NCBI GenBank assembly: GCA_964633935.1
Contig: CAZWKZ010000001.1
Coordinates: 1 to 33,708, forward strand
Source: an uncultured Oscillospiraceae bacterium
GTDB taxonomy: Bacteria > Bacillota > Clostridia > Oscillospirales > Oscillospiraceae
Length of the DNA: 33,708 bases
Direction: 5' to 3'
Shown: positions 1-7,851 of the stretch, piece after piece
Position numbering within the stretch: the stretch's first letter is position 1
Layout: each line of letters begins with the position of its first letter
Notes under the pieces: model-generated
Seen by the model: the letters and a program-made list of their open reading frames with translations, nothing else
Database searches by the model: none
What the model was told of the DNA's origin: nothing
Program-made: the position numbers and the translations under genes

Positions 1-552
1 CTCGGGCGCGCCGACCGCGTCATACTGTACCGAGACCTGACTCTTGCCGTCGGGACGCAGCCACGGGAGTCTGCCCGACTCGCGCTCGCGCGCCAGCGCC
101 TTGGTCAGATTATGCGCATAGGAGACCGGCGCCGGCATCAGCTCCTTCGTCTCGTCGCAGGCGAAGCCGAACATCATGCCCTGGTCGCCGGCGCCCGTCT
201 GCCCGTCCTCGTCGTATGAGCTGTCCACGCCCATGGCAATATCGGGCGACTGCCTGTCGATGGCCGTCATGACCGCGCAGCTGTGCCCGTCAAAGCCGGC
301 CTCGGCGCTGTCATAGCCGATCGAGCAAATCGTCTCGCGCGCAATGCCCGCCACATCCACGCTGGCCGTCGTCGTGATCTCGCCCATGACCACGACAAGT
401 CCCGTCGTGGCCGCACACTCGCACGCCACGCGCGCCGCCGGATCCTGCGCCAAAATGGCGTCGAGCACGCTGTCGGAGATCTGGTCGCACAGCTTGTCCG
501 GATGGCCCTGTGTGACGGATTCGGAGGTAAAAATTCTCTTTGCTTTTTCCAT
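1..552 (-). CDS. metK: S-adenosylmethionine synthetase, N-terminal part (runs off the left edge; absent from ORF track)
   Basis: Manual minus-strand translation from ATG 552: [27 protein letters not shown]...[10 protein letters not shown]...[16 protein letters not shown]...[11 protein letters not shown], all hallmark MetK motifs. GAAAGGA RBS upstream. Confidence 0.98.
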   Translation of the reverse strand, partial: MEKAKRIFTSESVTQGHPDKLCDQISDSVLDAILAQDPAARVACECAATTGLVVVMGEITTTASVDVAGIARETICSIGYDSAEAGFDGHSCAVMTAIDRQSPDIAMGVDSSYDEDGQTGAGDQGMMFGFACDETKELMPAPVSYAHNLTKALARERESGRLPWLRPDGKSQVSVQYDAVGAPE

Positions 553-585
553 ATCGATGCGATTCCTTTCCGATTTCAAATACAA

Positions 586-617
586 AACAAAAATGCGCTT
601 GTCTTCGACAAAGCGCA
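586..617 (-). terminator. Intrinsic terminator of the SAM riboswitch expression platform
   Basis: Minus strand TGCGCTT-TGTCGAAGAC-AAGCGCA followed by TTTTTGTTTT, between the aptamer and the metK RBS. Confidence 0.8.
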
Positions 618-627
618 CGAAAAGCCC

Positions 628-723
628 TTCCTCATCTTTCGATCACTTCGCCGGATTTGGCACCTTGCAGATGCAGGTTGCCGGGCTTCATCGGGCCGTT
701 CCCTCCGCCACTCTTGATAAGGC
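628..723 (-). ncRNA. SAM-I (S-box) riboswitch
   Basis: Minus strand reads CTTATCAAGAGTGGCGGAGGGAACGGCCCGATGAAGCCCGGCAACC...GGTGCCAAATCC...GAAAGATGAGG, matching the S-box consensus. Lies directly upstream of metK. Confidence 0.97.
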
Positions 724-742
724 TATTGAATTGGTGTAATTT

Positions 743-770
743 ATTATACATATCGTGCGAAAAAAGTCAA
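743..770 (-). promoter_or_regulatory. Sigma-A promoter for riboswitch-metK
   Basis: TTGACT (770-765), 16 bp spacer, TATAAT (748-743), just upstream of the aptamer. Confidence 0.7.
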
Positions 771-821
771 CCGGAAACGAAACTTTATTTTTCCTCCGCC
801 TGTTTTTTCACCGAAGCAGGT

Positions 822-849
822 TTGCCTCACCCGTGCGCGGGCGTATAAT
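822..849 (+). promoter_or_regulatory. Putative sigma-A promoter for the rhomboid-like gene
   Basis: TTGCCT (822-827), 16 bp spacer, TATAAT (844-849). Confidence 0.5.
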
Positions 850-929
850 ACTTACATTATTTACAATTTGTACGTAGATTTTCCGCCTGCTTTCCGGTAA
901 GATAGGCGGTATCGGAGGAGGATGAACAT

Positions 930-1823
930 ATGAACGAATTCAGAAAACGCTTTGAGCGCTTCTGCCTGCGCAACCGCAGCAAGGGCATCCCAAACCTGAT
1001 GCTCATCATTGCCGTCGGCAATGTTATCGTGTACCTTCTATCCACGATCGACCCCAGCAACTTGATCTATTCCTGGCTGTGCTTCAGCCGCAGCAAGATC
1101 CTGAGCTGGCAGCTCTGGCGGCTCGTCACCTACGTTTTTACCTTCCTGTGCGACAGCATCAGCGGCAACGCGTTCATCTCGGGCGCCAACCTGCTTTTGT
1201 CCGCTGTGGCGCTGTTCTGCTATTACCAATTCGGCAGGATCCTCGAGCAGTATTGGGGCACGCTGCGCTTCAACCTCTACTATTTTACCGGTATCCTCAT
1301 GACCGATATCGCCGCGCTGCTGCTGGGCTATCCGGCTACGGCGGGCGCGATGAATCTGAGCTTGTTCCTCGCCGTCGCCACCATCGCGCCCGAGGCGCAG
1401 GTGCGCCTGTTTTTCATCCTGCCGCTCAAGATGAAGTGGCTGGCATGGGTGTATCTCGCGCTGGCCGCCTGGGATGTCGTTCAATACCTGCTGTATTTCG
1501 GCTTGATGAGCTTTGTCTGGCTGCTGCCGCTCGTGCCGCTGGCAAACTACTTCTTGTTCTTTGGCAGCGATATCAAGAATCTGTTTCCCGCCTCGATGCG
1601 CTACCGCCGGCCGAAGCCGAGCAAGCCGCGCGCCAAGCCCAACCCGAACTGGGCCAGCTCGTACCAGTCCAAATCGGGCGAGCGTCCCTACCGTCACAAG
1701 TGCACCGTCTGCGGCCGCACCGATACCGAGCATCCCGAGCTTGAGTTCCGCTACTGCTCGAAATGCAACGGCTACTACTGCTACTGCATCGACCACATCA
1801 ATAACCACGCGCATATCCAATAG
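930..1823 (+). CDS. Rhomboid/Derlin-like multi-pass membrane protein with C-terminal Cys/His zinc finger
   Basis: GGAGGA RBS. About 6 hydrophobic segments. QLWRLVTY (rhomboid WR motif) and G..LE..WG. C-terminal CTVC...CSKC...CIDH..H.H. Confidence 0.75.
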   Translation: MNEFRKRFERFCLRNRSKGIPNLMLIIAVGNVIVYLLSTIDPSNLIYSWLCFSRSKILSWQLWRLVTYVFTFLCDSISGNAFISGANLLLSAVALFCYYQFGRILEQYWGTLRFNLYYFTGILMTDIAALLLGYPATAGAMNLSLFLAVATIAPEAQVRLFFILPLKMKWLAWVYLALAAWDVVQYLLYFGLMSFVWLLPLVPLANYFLFFGSDIKNLFPASMRYRRPKPSKPRAKPNPNWASSYQSKSGERPYRHKCTVCGRTDTEHPELEFRYCSKCNGYYCYCIDHINNHAHIQ

Positions 1824-1892
1824 GCGCCCGCATTGCGCCGCGAAAAACAGGCGGCCGATCACCGGAAGACCGCGCCAGTCTTTTGCCCACGC

Positions 1893-1931
1893 AACGCATC
1901 CTCGCACGCCATGTGCGGGGATGCGTTATTT
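1893..1931 (+). terminator. Stem-loop, probable terminator between convergent genes
   Basis: 15-bp stem AACGCATCCTCGCAC / GTGCGGGGATGCGTT (one G-U pair) followed by ATTT. Confidence 0.5.
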
Positions 1932-1990
1932 CGCTTGCCGGCAGGCTTGCGCGCAGGAAATCCCGCAAAGCCTTTTGCGCAAGCCGCCGC

Positions 1991-2533
1991 TCACGACGTC
2001 GCTTTGGCGGACAGCTGCAGGACGATCTGCGCAAATTCCCGCGTGCTTATCGAAAAGTTTCCCGTGATCCACTCCTTCAAAATACCAATGACGCCGTTGA
2101 CGCAGTATATATATGTATACCGGTCCATCCGTGCGTCGTCGCTCTTTGCCGGGATCTGGTACATCTGCATCACAGTGTCGACCAGGCGGCGGTGAAAGCT
2201 GCTGCTGTCGCGCTGGACAAGCAGGATGCGGAACAGCCGCTCATTTTCGCGAACATACGCGAAAAACGCCTCCAGCGTAGCAAGAAACCGCGCATTGGAA
2301 TAGGTCGCGGGAGAATCGGGCGATACCGGCAGCTGGCCGATCACATCCTCCTCGATTTCCAGCAGCAGCTGCCTGGTGTCCTCATAATAGGCATAGAACG
2401 TCGAACGGTTCACATCCGCGCTTTCGCAGACGTCCGTCACCGTGATTTTTTCCAGCGCCTGTTTTTCCAGCAGCTCCAGCATGGCATCTTTTATCATCTT
2501 TTTTGTCATTCGCACGCGTCTGTTTTCAGCCAT
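1991..2533 (-). CDS. TetR/AcrR family transcriptional regulator
   Basis: N-terminal HTH RRVRMTKKMIKDAMLELL...ITVTDVCESADVNRSTFYAYY. GAGGTG RBS favours ATG 2533 (or 2536) over the ORF-track start at 2569. Confidence 0.9.
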   Translation of the reverse strand: MAENRRVRMTKKMIKDAMLELLEKQALEKITVTDVCESADVNRSTFYAYYEDTRQLLLEIEEDVIGQLPVSPDSPATYSNARFLATLEAFFAYVRENERLFRILLVQRDSSSFHRRLVDTVMQMYQIPAKSDDARMDRYTYIYCVNGVIGILKEWITGNFSISTREFAQIVLQLSAKATS

Positions 2534-2556
2534 CATACACCTCAATGGATTTTGCT

Positions 2557-2639
2557 GCGATTCCAACACATCACCTCATTGTGTTGGAATCGCGTCGTTT
2601 CAATCAATACTGTTTGTTGAAGTTCCAACATAGTGTTGA
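2557..2639. promoter_or_regulatory. Inverted repeats, probable TetR operators
   Basis: Perfect 14-bp inverted repeat GCGATTCCAACACA-N9-TGTGTTGGAATCGC (2557-2593), plus further CAACA/TGTTG half-sites at 2604-2639. Confidence 0.6.
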
Positions 2640-2692
2640 TATAATAAAGGAAACATTCCCCTTTGTCAAGTATGAAAGGACCTGATGAGACC

Positions 2693-3700
2693 ATGCCGCA
2701 GAGGCTGTACATTATTACCGGTGCAAACGGGCACCTGGCCAGTACGATCATCCGTTATTTAAAGGCGGAGGACTGCGTCATACGCGGCCTGATCCTGCCG
2801 GAAGAGCGAAACGAGGACGACGCGCATATCCGCTACTATACCGGCGATATCACAAAGCCCGATAGCATGCAGGCGATTTTTTCAGAGCTTGACGGCTACG
2901 CCGTCACAGTCATCCATGCGGCCGGGCTGATTTCCATTGGCAGCCAGATCACGCCCGCACTGTATGAAGTGAACGTCAACGGAACGAAAAACGTCATCAA
3001 ACAGTGCAAGGCGCATGGCGTGCAGCGGCTTTTGTACATCAGCTCCGTGCACGCCATCGCAGAAGGCGACCGCAGACATGTGATCCAAGAAGCCGGCTCC
3101 TTTTCAAAAGACGCCGTCGTAGGCGCATACGCCCGCACGAAGGCAGAGGCCACGCAGGCTGTGATGGACGCCGCCGCAGCGGGTCTGGACACCGTCGTCG
3201 TGCATCCGTCCGGCATCATCGGGCCATTTGACGCGGGCCGTAACCATCTGACGCAGCTGATCAGATCCTACATCTCCGGCAAGCTTCCGGCTGGCGTCGG
3301 CGGCGGCTATGACTTTGTCGATGTGCGCGACGTCGCCCTGGGCTGCATCGCAGCTGCAAAAAACGGCGTAAGCGGCGAATGCTATATTCTTTCCAACCGC
3401 TATATCAGCATGAAGGATCTGTTTGAATACATGCGCCAGGCCGTCAACGGGCGCAAAAAGCCATGCATTCCTTTAAAGCTGGCAAAGCTTTTTGCCCCCG
3501 CGGCAGAGGCGTTCGGAAAACTCACAAGGACGCGGCCGCTTTTCACCCGCTATTCTCTTTATACGCTGAACTTTGGCGGACAGTTTTCCCACGACAAGGC
3601 CACTGCAGCGCTCGGCTACCGGCCCAGGGATATTCGCGACACGATTCGGGACACGATTTTGTATTTGCAGACGGGAGCATGTCCCCCGGAGCAGGCGTGA
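2693..3700 (+). CDS. NAD-dependent epimerase/dehydratase family (extended SDR, dihydroflavonol-reductase-like)
   Basis: TGANGHLA Rossmann motif, HAAG, NVNGT, SS, catalytic YARTK, FVDVRDVA. Start could be 2672 or 2693. Confidence 0.88.
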   Translation: MPQRLYIITGANGHLASTIIRYLKAEDCVIRGLILPEERNEDDAHIRYYTGDITKPDSMQAIFSELDGYAVTVIHAAGLISIGSQITPALYEVNVNGTKNVIKQCKAHGVQRLLYISSVHAIAEGDRRHVIQEAGSFSKDAVVGAYARTKAEATQAVMDAAAAGLDTVVVHPSGIIGPFDAGRNHLTQLIRSYISGKLPAGVGGGYDFVDVRDVALGCIAAAKNGVSGECYILSNRYISMKDLFEYMRQAVNGRKKPCIPLKLAKLFAPAAEAFGKLTRTRPLFTRYSLYTLNFGGQFSHDKATAALGYRPRDIRDTIRDTILYLQTGACPPEQA

Positions 3701-3759
3701 ACCGCCGCATGCAAACGCCCCGGCGGCCTATGCCGCGCCGGGCAAACCGCCATTTGCCG

Positions 3760-3788
3760 TTGTAAGCAGAAAAACCGTGTGATATAAT
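3760..3788 (+). promoter_or_regulatory. Sigma-A promoter with extended -10 for the CYTH gene
   Basis: TTGTAA (3760-3765), 17 bp spacer, TG-A-TATAAT (3780-3788). Confidence 0.65.
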
Positions 3789-3817
3789 TGGGTCAACACC
3801 GCGTTTGGAGGCATTTT

Positions 3818-4381
3818 ATGACGGAAGTAGAACTCAAGGCAGTCCTATCGCCGCAGCAGGCGGCCGCGCTGCCGGCCGCGCTCGCCCGCCTCGGCTTTTT
3901 AGAGCAGGCGGCGGTCGAGGAGACGGATCTGTATTGGAACGGCGGCGGCCGCGACTTTTGCCGCACCGACGAGGCGCTGCGCCTGCGCAGCGTCCGGCGC
4001 TTGCCTGACGGCGAAGGCCGCACCTACCTCACCTACAAAGGCCCAAAGCTGGATGCGCGCTCCAGCACGCGCAAAGAGTATGAGACGTCCGTCGGCGAAT
4101 TTGGCGCCGCGCAAAGCATCCTGCGCGCGCTGGGCTACTATGCCGCGTTCACAGTCAAAAAAACGCGCCGCAGCTTTACGCGCGGCGCGCAGACGGCATG
4201 TCTGGATACAGTCGACGGACTGGGACGCTATATGGAGCTTGAGCAGCTGCTCGAAGACGGCGCATCGCGCGAAGATGCGCTCACGTCGCTGCTCGCGCTG
4301 CTCGACGCGCTCGACCTCAGCCGCGACGCGCTCACGCGCAAATCCTATCTGGAGCTTCTCATGGCCTCGGCCACCTCGTAA
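3818..4381 (+). CDS. cyaB: CYTH-domain protein (class IV adenylate cyclase CyaB-like / triphosphate tunnel metalloenzyme)
   Basis: ExExK motif (EVELK), DLY, ALRLR, LTYKGP, R.EYE, V.K.R, LD.VDGLG.YMELE, RKSYLEL. GGAGG RBS before ATG 3818. Confidence 0.85.
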   Translation: MTEVELKAVLSPQQAAALPAALARLGFLEQAAVEETDLYWNGGGRDFCRTDEALRLRSVRRLPDGEGRTYLTYKGPKLDARSSTRKEYETSVGEFGAAQSILRALGYYAAFTVKKTRRSFTRGAQTACLDTVDGLGRYMELEQLLEDGASREDALTSLLALLDALDLSRDALTRKSYLELLMASATS

Positions 4382-4974
4382 AAATCCTCATAGGCCGTAT
4401 AGGGCCTGCCCTGCGCGGCAAGATATTGCGCCAGCAGGTCGCGCGCAAAGATCCGGTCCACCGCCAGCGCCATATTCCGGTCGGTGAAGCTGTCGCCGAT
4501 CCCAATGGCGTAGTCATAATCATAGAGCGCCATAACGGCCGTCTTTTTGACCAGCTCATTGCCGTCGTCAAAGCTGCTCACCAGGCGCATCTGCGGCCGG
4601 GACACGTCCAGCTCCGCCGCGTGCACGCCGAGAAAGCGGCCCTCATATGGGCCGAGCTTTTGCGCGAGAAACTGCCGCACGCCGCCGGAAATGAGCACCA
4701 CGCCGATCCCCAGCTCATCGCACACGTCCAGAAATTCGCCGAAGCCCGGGCGCATGGGGACGCTGCGGACGTACTCCAGAAGCTTGGGCAGCAGCGCCGA
4801 CGGCGCGCCGTCATACGCCCGGCGCACGACCTGGCTGAGCGTGACCTCGCCCGCGGCCAGCTTCTTCCGGTACCGCGCGAATTCTTCCGGCTGAATGAAC
4901 AGGCGCATCGCACCGGCAAACGTATCTTCCATGGTGATGGTGCCGTCAAAGTCTACAAAGGCAATCGTCCGGAT
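4345..4974 (-). CDS. MtnX-like HAD-IB family phosphatase
   Basis: DFDGTIT (motif I), RPGF.EF, ISGG, K, IGDSFTD, FARD.L. Start uncertain: TTG 5007, GTG 4983, or the ATC at 4974 that follows the RBS. Confidence 0.85.
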   Translation of the reverse strand: MRTIAFVDFDGTITMEDTFAGAMRLFIQPEEFARYRKKLAAGEVTLSQVVRRAYDGAPSALLPKLLEYVRSVPMRPGFGEFLDVCDELGIGVVLISGGVRQFLAQKLGPYEGRFLGVHAAELDVSRPQMRLVSSFDDGNELVKKTAVMALYDYDYAIGIGDSFTDRNMALAVDRIFARDLLAQYLAAQGRPYTAYEDFYEVAEAMRSSR

Positions 4975-5004
4975 TGCGCTCACTCCTTTCGTTTCTATCC
5001 GCCG

Positions 5005-5035
5005 CAAACGGGGCAGGGTCCGCCTGCCCCGTTTG
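5005..5035 (-). other. Intra-operon stem-loop without U-tract
   Basis: 13-bp perfect stem CAAACGGGGCAGG / CCTGCCCCGTTTG with a 5-nt loop, between the RLP stop and the phosphatase RBS. Confidence 0.65.
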
Positions 5036-5046
5036 TTGCGTCCAGC

Positions 5047-6363
5047 TCAGTTCATCAGGTCAAAATTCTTCGCAAGCTCCGGCTTCAAATAGCCCAGCAT
5101 CCGCGCCAGCTCCGCGTGCGTCTTGGCGTATTCTGTGACCGGGATCCCGGCCATGGCCGCGTCGATCGCCTGGCGCATGGACCTTGCGCCCGCCTCGCTG
5201 CCGTCCGGATGGCCGTGCACGCCGCCGCCGGCGGCGAGCATAACGTCCGTGCCGACCGCCTGGATGATCTTCTCGACCGCCAGCTGCGTGGTGCCGCCCG
5301 AGCAGGCGTACATCATCGGCCGGATGTTCCACCAGGGCTGCGTGAAGAACTTGAAGCAGCGGTAAAACAGCTTGTAGCTCACAGGGAATTTGCCGAACGG
5401 ATGTCCGTTGATCTGGAAATCTCCGCCCGCAAGACGCGTGATCTTACCGACCAGCAGCGGCGCGGCAATGCCGGTATAGGTCGAAGCCGCCATGGTCCCG
5501 GCAAAGTTCACATGCGCCAGAATGGGGACGTTGATGTTGGGATCGTTCGCCAGCATCTTCAGCGTGTCAAAGCCCGTCGTATAGGTGTTGACCATCAGGC
5601 AGTTGCCGCCGGCCTCGAGCGCGCGGTAGGCGTTATCGCGGACCTTGCCCGTCTCATCGGAGATATTGACGGCGTAGAGGCTGTGCTCGCCCGTCTCCTC
5701 AAATACGCGCTTTTCTGCGGCCATAAACTTCGTCACGCGCTCTTTCAGCGGGCAGAACGCCGAGTCCGCCAGCATCAGCTCGTCGTCCTTGATGACGTCT
5801 ACCCCGCCCTTGCAGGCGCGGTAGAACAGCTCCGCGCCCTCGTCCGGCGTCCAGCCGATATTGGGCTTGATCATTGCGTTGAGCAGCGGCCGGTCGGGCA
5901 CGCCCAAAACTTCGCGCAGGCCCTGTACGCCGAACTTTGGCCCCTGGAACTGCGCAATCAGCTTCTTCGGGAACGCCACGTCGATCAGCCGGATCATGCC
6001 CGAAGCGGAGATATTGCCGAACAAAATCGTCATCAGCGCCGACATGCTGGTCGAGAAGTTGCCGATCGGATAGGCGATCTGGATGATATACATAGGCGGC
6101 TCGTCGGACTGATAATCGCAGCCGATATCCGGCACCTCATACAGCGCAACCAGGCGCGAGCCGAAGCGCCGCGTCTTTTCGACCGAATCGGCGCCGACCT
6201 TGATCCAGGTGCCGGTCGTCTGCTCGTCGGCGATGGCCATGGCGAGCTTTTCAATGTTGCTGGTCTTGACCTTTGCCTGATAGGTCGCGATCACATAGTC
6301 GTCGTCAAAAGCGACCTCGGGAAACGCGTAGGTCAGATTTTCTTCCTCAAGTCTGCGGATCAT
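5047..6363 (-). CDS. RuBisCO-like protein (form IV RLP)
   Basis: EQTTGTW, FGN, GPKFG, IKP, GGVDVIKDDE (carbamylated Lys/Mg motif), Y.VNI, ILAH, GKF, SGG, AGGGVHGHPDG..AGA. AGGAGG RBS. Confidence 0.95.
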   Translation of the reverse strand: MIRRLEEENLTYAFPEVAFDDDYVIATYQAKVKTSNIEKLAMAIADEQTTGTWIKVGADSVEKTRRFGSRLVALYEVPDIGCDYQSDEPPMYIIQIAYPIGNFSTSMSALMTILFGNISASGMIRLIDVAFPKKLIAQFQGPKFGVQGLREVLGVPDRPLLNAMIKPNIGWTPDEGAELFYRACKGGVDVIKDDELMLADSAFCPLKERVTKFMAAEKRVFEETGEHSLYAVNISDETGKVRDNAYRALEAGGNCLMVNTYTTGFDTLKMLANDPNINVPILAHVNFAGTMAASTYTGIAAPLLVGKITRLAGGDFQINGHPFGKFPVSYKLFYRCFKFFTQPWWNIRPMMYACSGGTTQLAVEKIIQAVGTDVMLAAGGGVHGHPDGSEAGARSMRQAIDAAMAGIPVTEYAKTHAELARMLGYLKPELAKNFDLMN

Positions 6364-6395
6364 AAGCGTAATTCCTCCTGTCGGGATAACACGGG

Positions 6396-7838
6396 TTATC
6401 GTTCAATGTTGGAGAACACCTCGTCAAACGCGCGGAGCGTCTGCTCGATGGTCTCGTCGTTGTCTGCCATGCTGGTGTAGATGCGCGAACCGGCGAGCGT
6501 AATGACGCCGTTCGCCGTCAGCGCGGCCCCGAACTGCTCGATATAGTGCTGCCGTTCGGGGATCTTGCGGAAAATATCCGGGTCCGCCGCGTCCAGATAC
6601 ATGACGCCGGACACCTCAAAGTGGACGATCGAGCCGGTATTCCACGTCACAAACGGGAGCTGATACTGATCGATCAGCCGCTGGATCCCGTCGCAGAGCT
6701 TATCGCCGTTCTCGCCGGCTTTTTTCGCCGCGTCCGTCCGGACGATCTCGTCGACGGCAAAGTAGCCCGCCGCGCAGCTGAGCGGATTGGCCGTCAGCGT
6801 ACCGCCGACATAGGCCCGCTTCTTTCCAGCCTTGACGCCTGCGGCCACACAGCTCATGATATCGGCCCTGCCGCCGACGCCGCCGGCCATCGGGTAGCCG
6901 CCGGCCACGATCTTGCCGAATACCGTAAGATCCGGCCGGACGTTGAAGAAGCCCTGCGCGCCGCCGGGTCCCACACGGAACGCCGTAACCACCTCGTCAA
7001 AGATCAAAAGCGCGTCAAACTCGTCGCATAGCTGCCGCACGGCGGCGTTGAACTCCATCGTCACCGGGCGCGTGCCGCTCTCGGGGCCGAACGGCTCGAC
7101 CAGCACCGCCGCCGTACCGCCGTATTTTTCGTTCTCCTCAAGCACTCTGCGCAGGCTCTCAATGCTGCCGGGGAAAAACTCGGCGGTGTTGGACGAGATC
7201 TCCTTCGGGATGCCATGCGCCTCATAGGTCTTCGTGTACGGGATGTGCAGCGAATACACCAGCTGATCAGACCAGCCGTGATATGCCCCGCCGACCTTTA
7301 CGACGCGCTGCTTGCCGGTATAGGTGCGCGCGATCCGGATGGCCACCATATCGGCCTCTGTCCCGCTGGCAAGGCAGCGGTAAAGCTCCACCCACGGCAT
7401 GCACGCATGGATCTTTTCCGCCAGCTTCATCTCATACGGATGGAACAGGCCCGTCACAGGACCGGACTCGCGCACGACCTGCCAGACCCTTTCATTGACC
7501 GGCGCGTAGTTGCTGCCCAGCAGCGTCGGCCCGCCGGCCTGCAGATAGTCGACGTAGCGGTTGCCATCGATATCGTACAGATACGCGCCCTCTGCCTTGG
7601 TGACGACCAGCGGAAACGGATAGTTGAACGCAAGGTTGTGCTGTACGCCGCCGGGGATATAGCGCTTTGCTTCTTCGATCATCCGCTTAGAGCCGGCGCA
7701 CTTTTCATCAAAGTAGCGCAGATAGCGCTCCATCGCATCCTGCCGGATCGGCAGCAGCGGAGATTTCACCAGCCGGTCCATTTTTTCGTAGACCTCTGGG
7801 ATATTCGGCCATCTGGATACGCCGTAATGTTCGTTCAT
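6396..7838 (-). CDS. Class III PLP-dependent aminotransferase, glutamate-1-semialdehyde aminomutase-like
   Basis: IPGGV, EGAYLYDIDGNRYVDY, SGTEA, GAYHGWSD, LIFDEVVTAFR, PDLTVFGKIVAGG (PLP Lys), GGTL.ANP. GGGAGG RBS before ATG 7838. Confidence 0.9.
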   Translation of the reverse strand: MNEHYGVSRWPNIPEVYEKMDRLVKSPLLPIRQDAMERYLRYFDEKCAGSKRMIEEAKRYIPGGVQHNLAFNYPFPLVVTKAEGAYLYDIDGNRYVDYLQAGGPTLLGSNYAPVNERVWQVVRESGPVTGLFHPYEMKLAEKIHACMPWVELYRCLASGTEADMVAIRIARTYTGKQRVVKVGGAYHGWSDQLVYSLHIPYTKTYEAHGIPKEISSNTAEFFPGSIESLRRVLEENEKYGGTAAVLVEPFGPESGTRPVTMEFNAAVRQLCDEFDALLIFDEVVTAFRVGPGGAQGFFNVRPDLTVFGKIVAGGYPMAGGVGGRADIMSCVAAGVKAGKKRAYVGGTLTANPLSCAAGYFAVDEIVRTDAAKKAGENGDKLCDGIQRLIDQYQLPFVTWNTGSIVHFEVSGVMYLDAADPDIFRKIPERQHYIEQFGAALTANGVITLAGSRIYTSMADNDETIEQTLRAFDEVFSNIER

Positions 7839-7851
7839 ATGTCCCCTCCCG

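Noticed and set aside
5047-6363. True RuBisCO / Calvin-cycle CO2 fixation
   Set aside because: K177, R295 and H327 equivalents are missing, and there is no small subunit or phosphoribulokinase in the window.
4345-6363. Naming the pair mtnW-mtnX (canonical methionine salvage)
   Set aside because: The RLP lacks the MtnW-type residue pattern, mtnK/A/B/D are absent from the operon and no S-box precedes it. Gene symbols withheld.
4426-6480. 684-aa plus-strand ORF, and similar long antisense ORFs at 9074-10651, 15485-16717, 20629-21672, 23808-25463 and 31497-32657
   Set aside because: Shadow frames of real GC-rich genes on the opposite strand, with no recognisable motifs.
6396-7838. hemL (tetrapyrrole synthesis)
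   Set aside because: Only family-level similarity. The context is a transporter/kinase operon with no hem genes.
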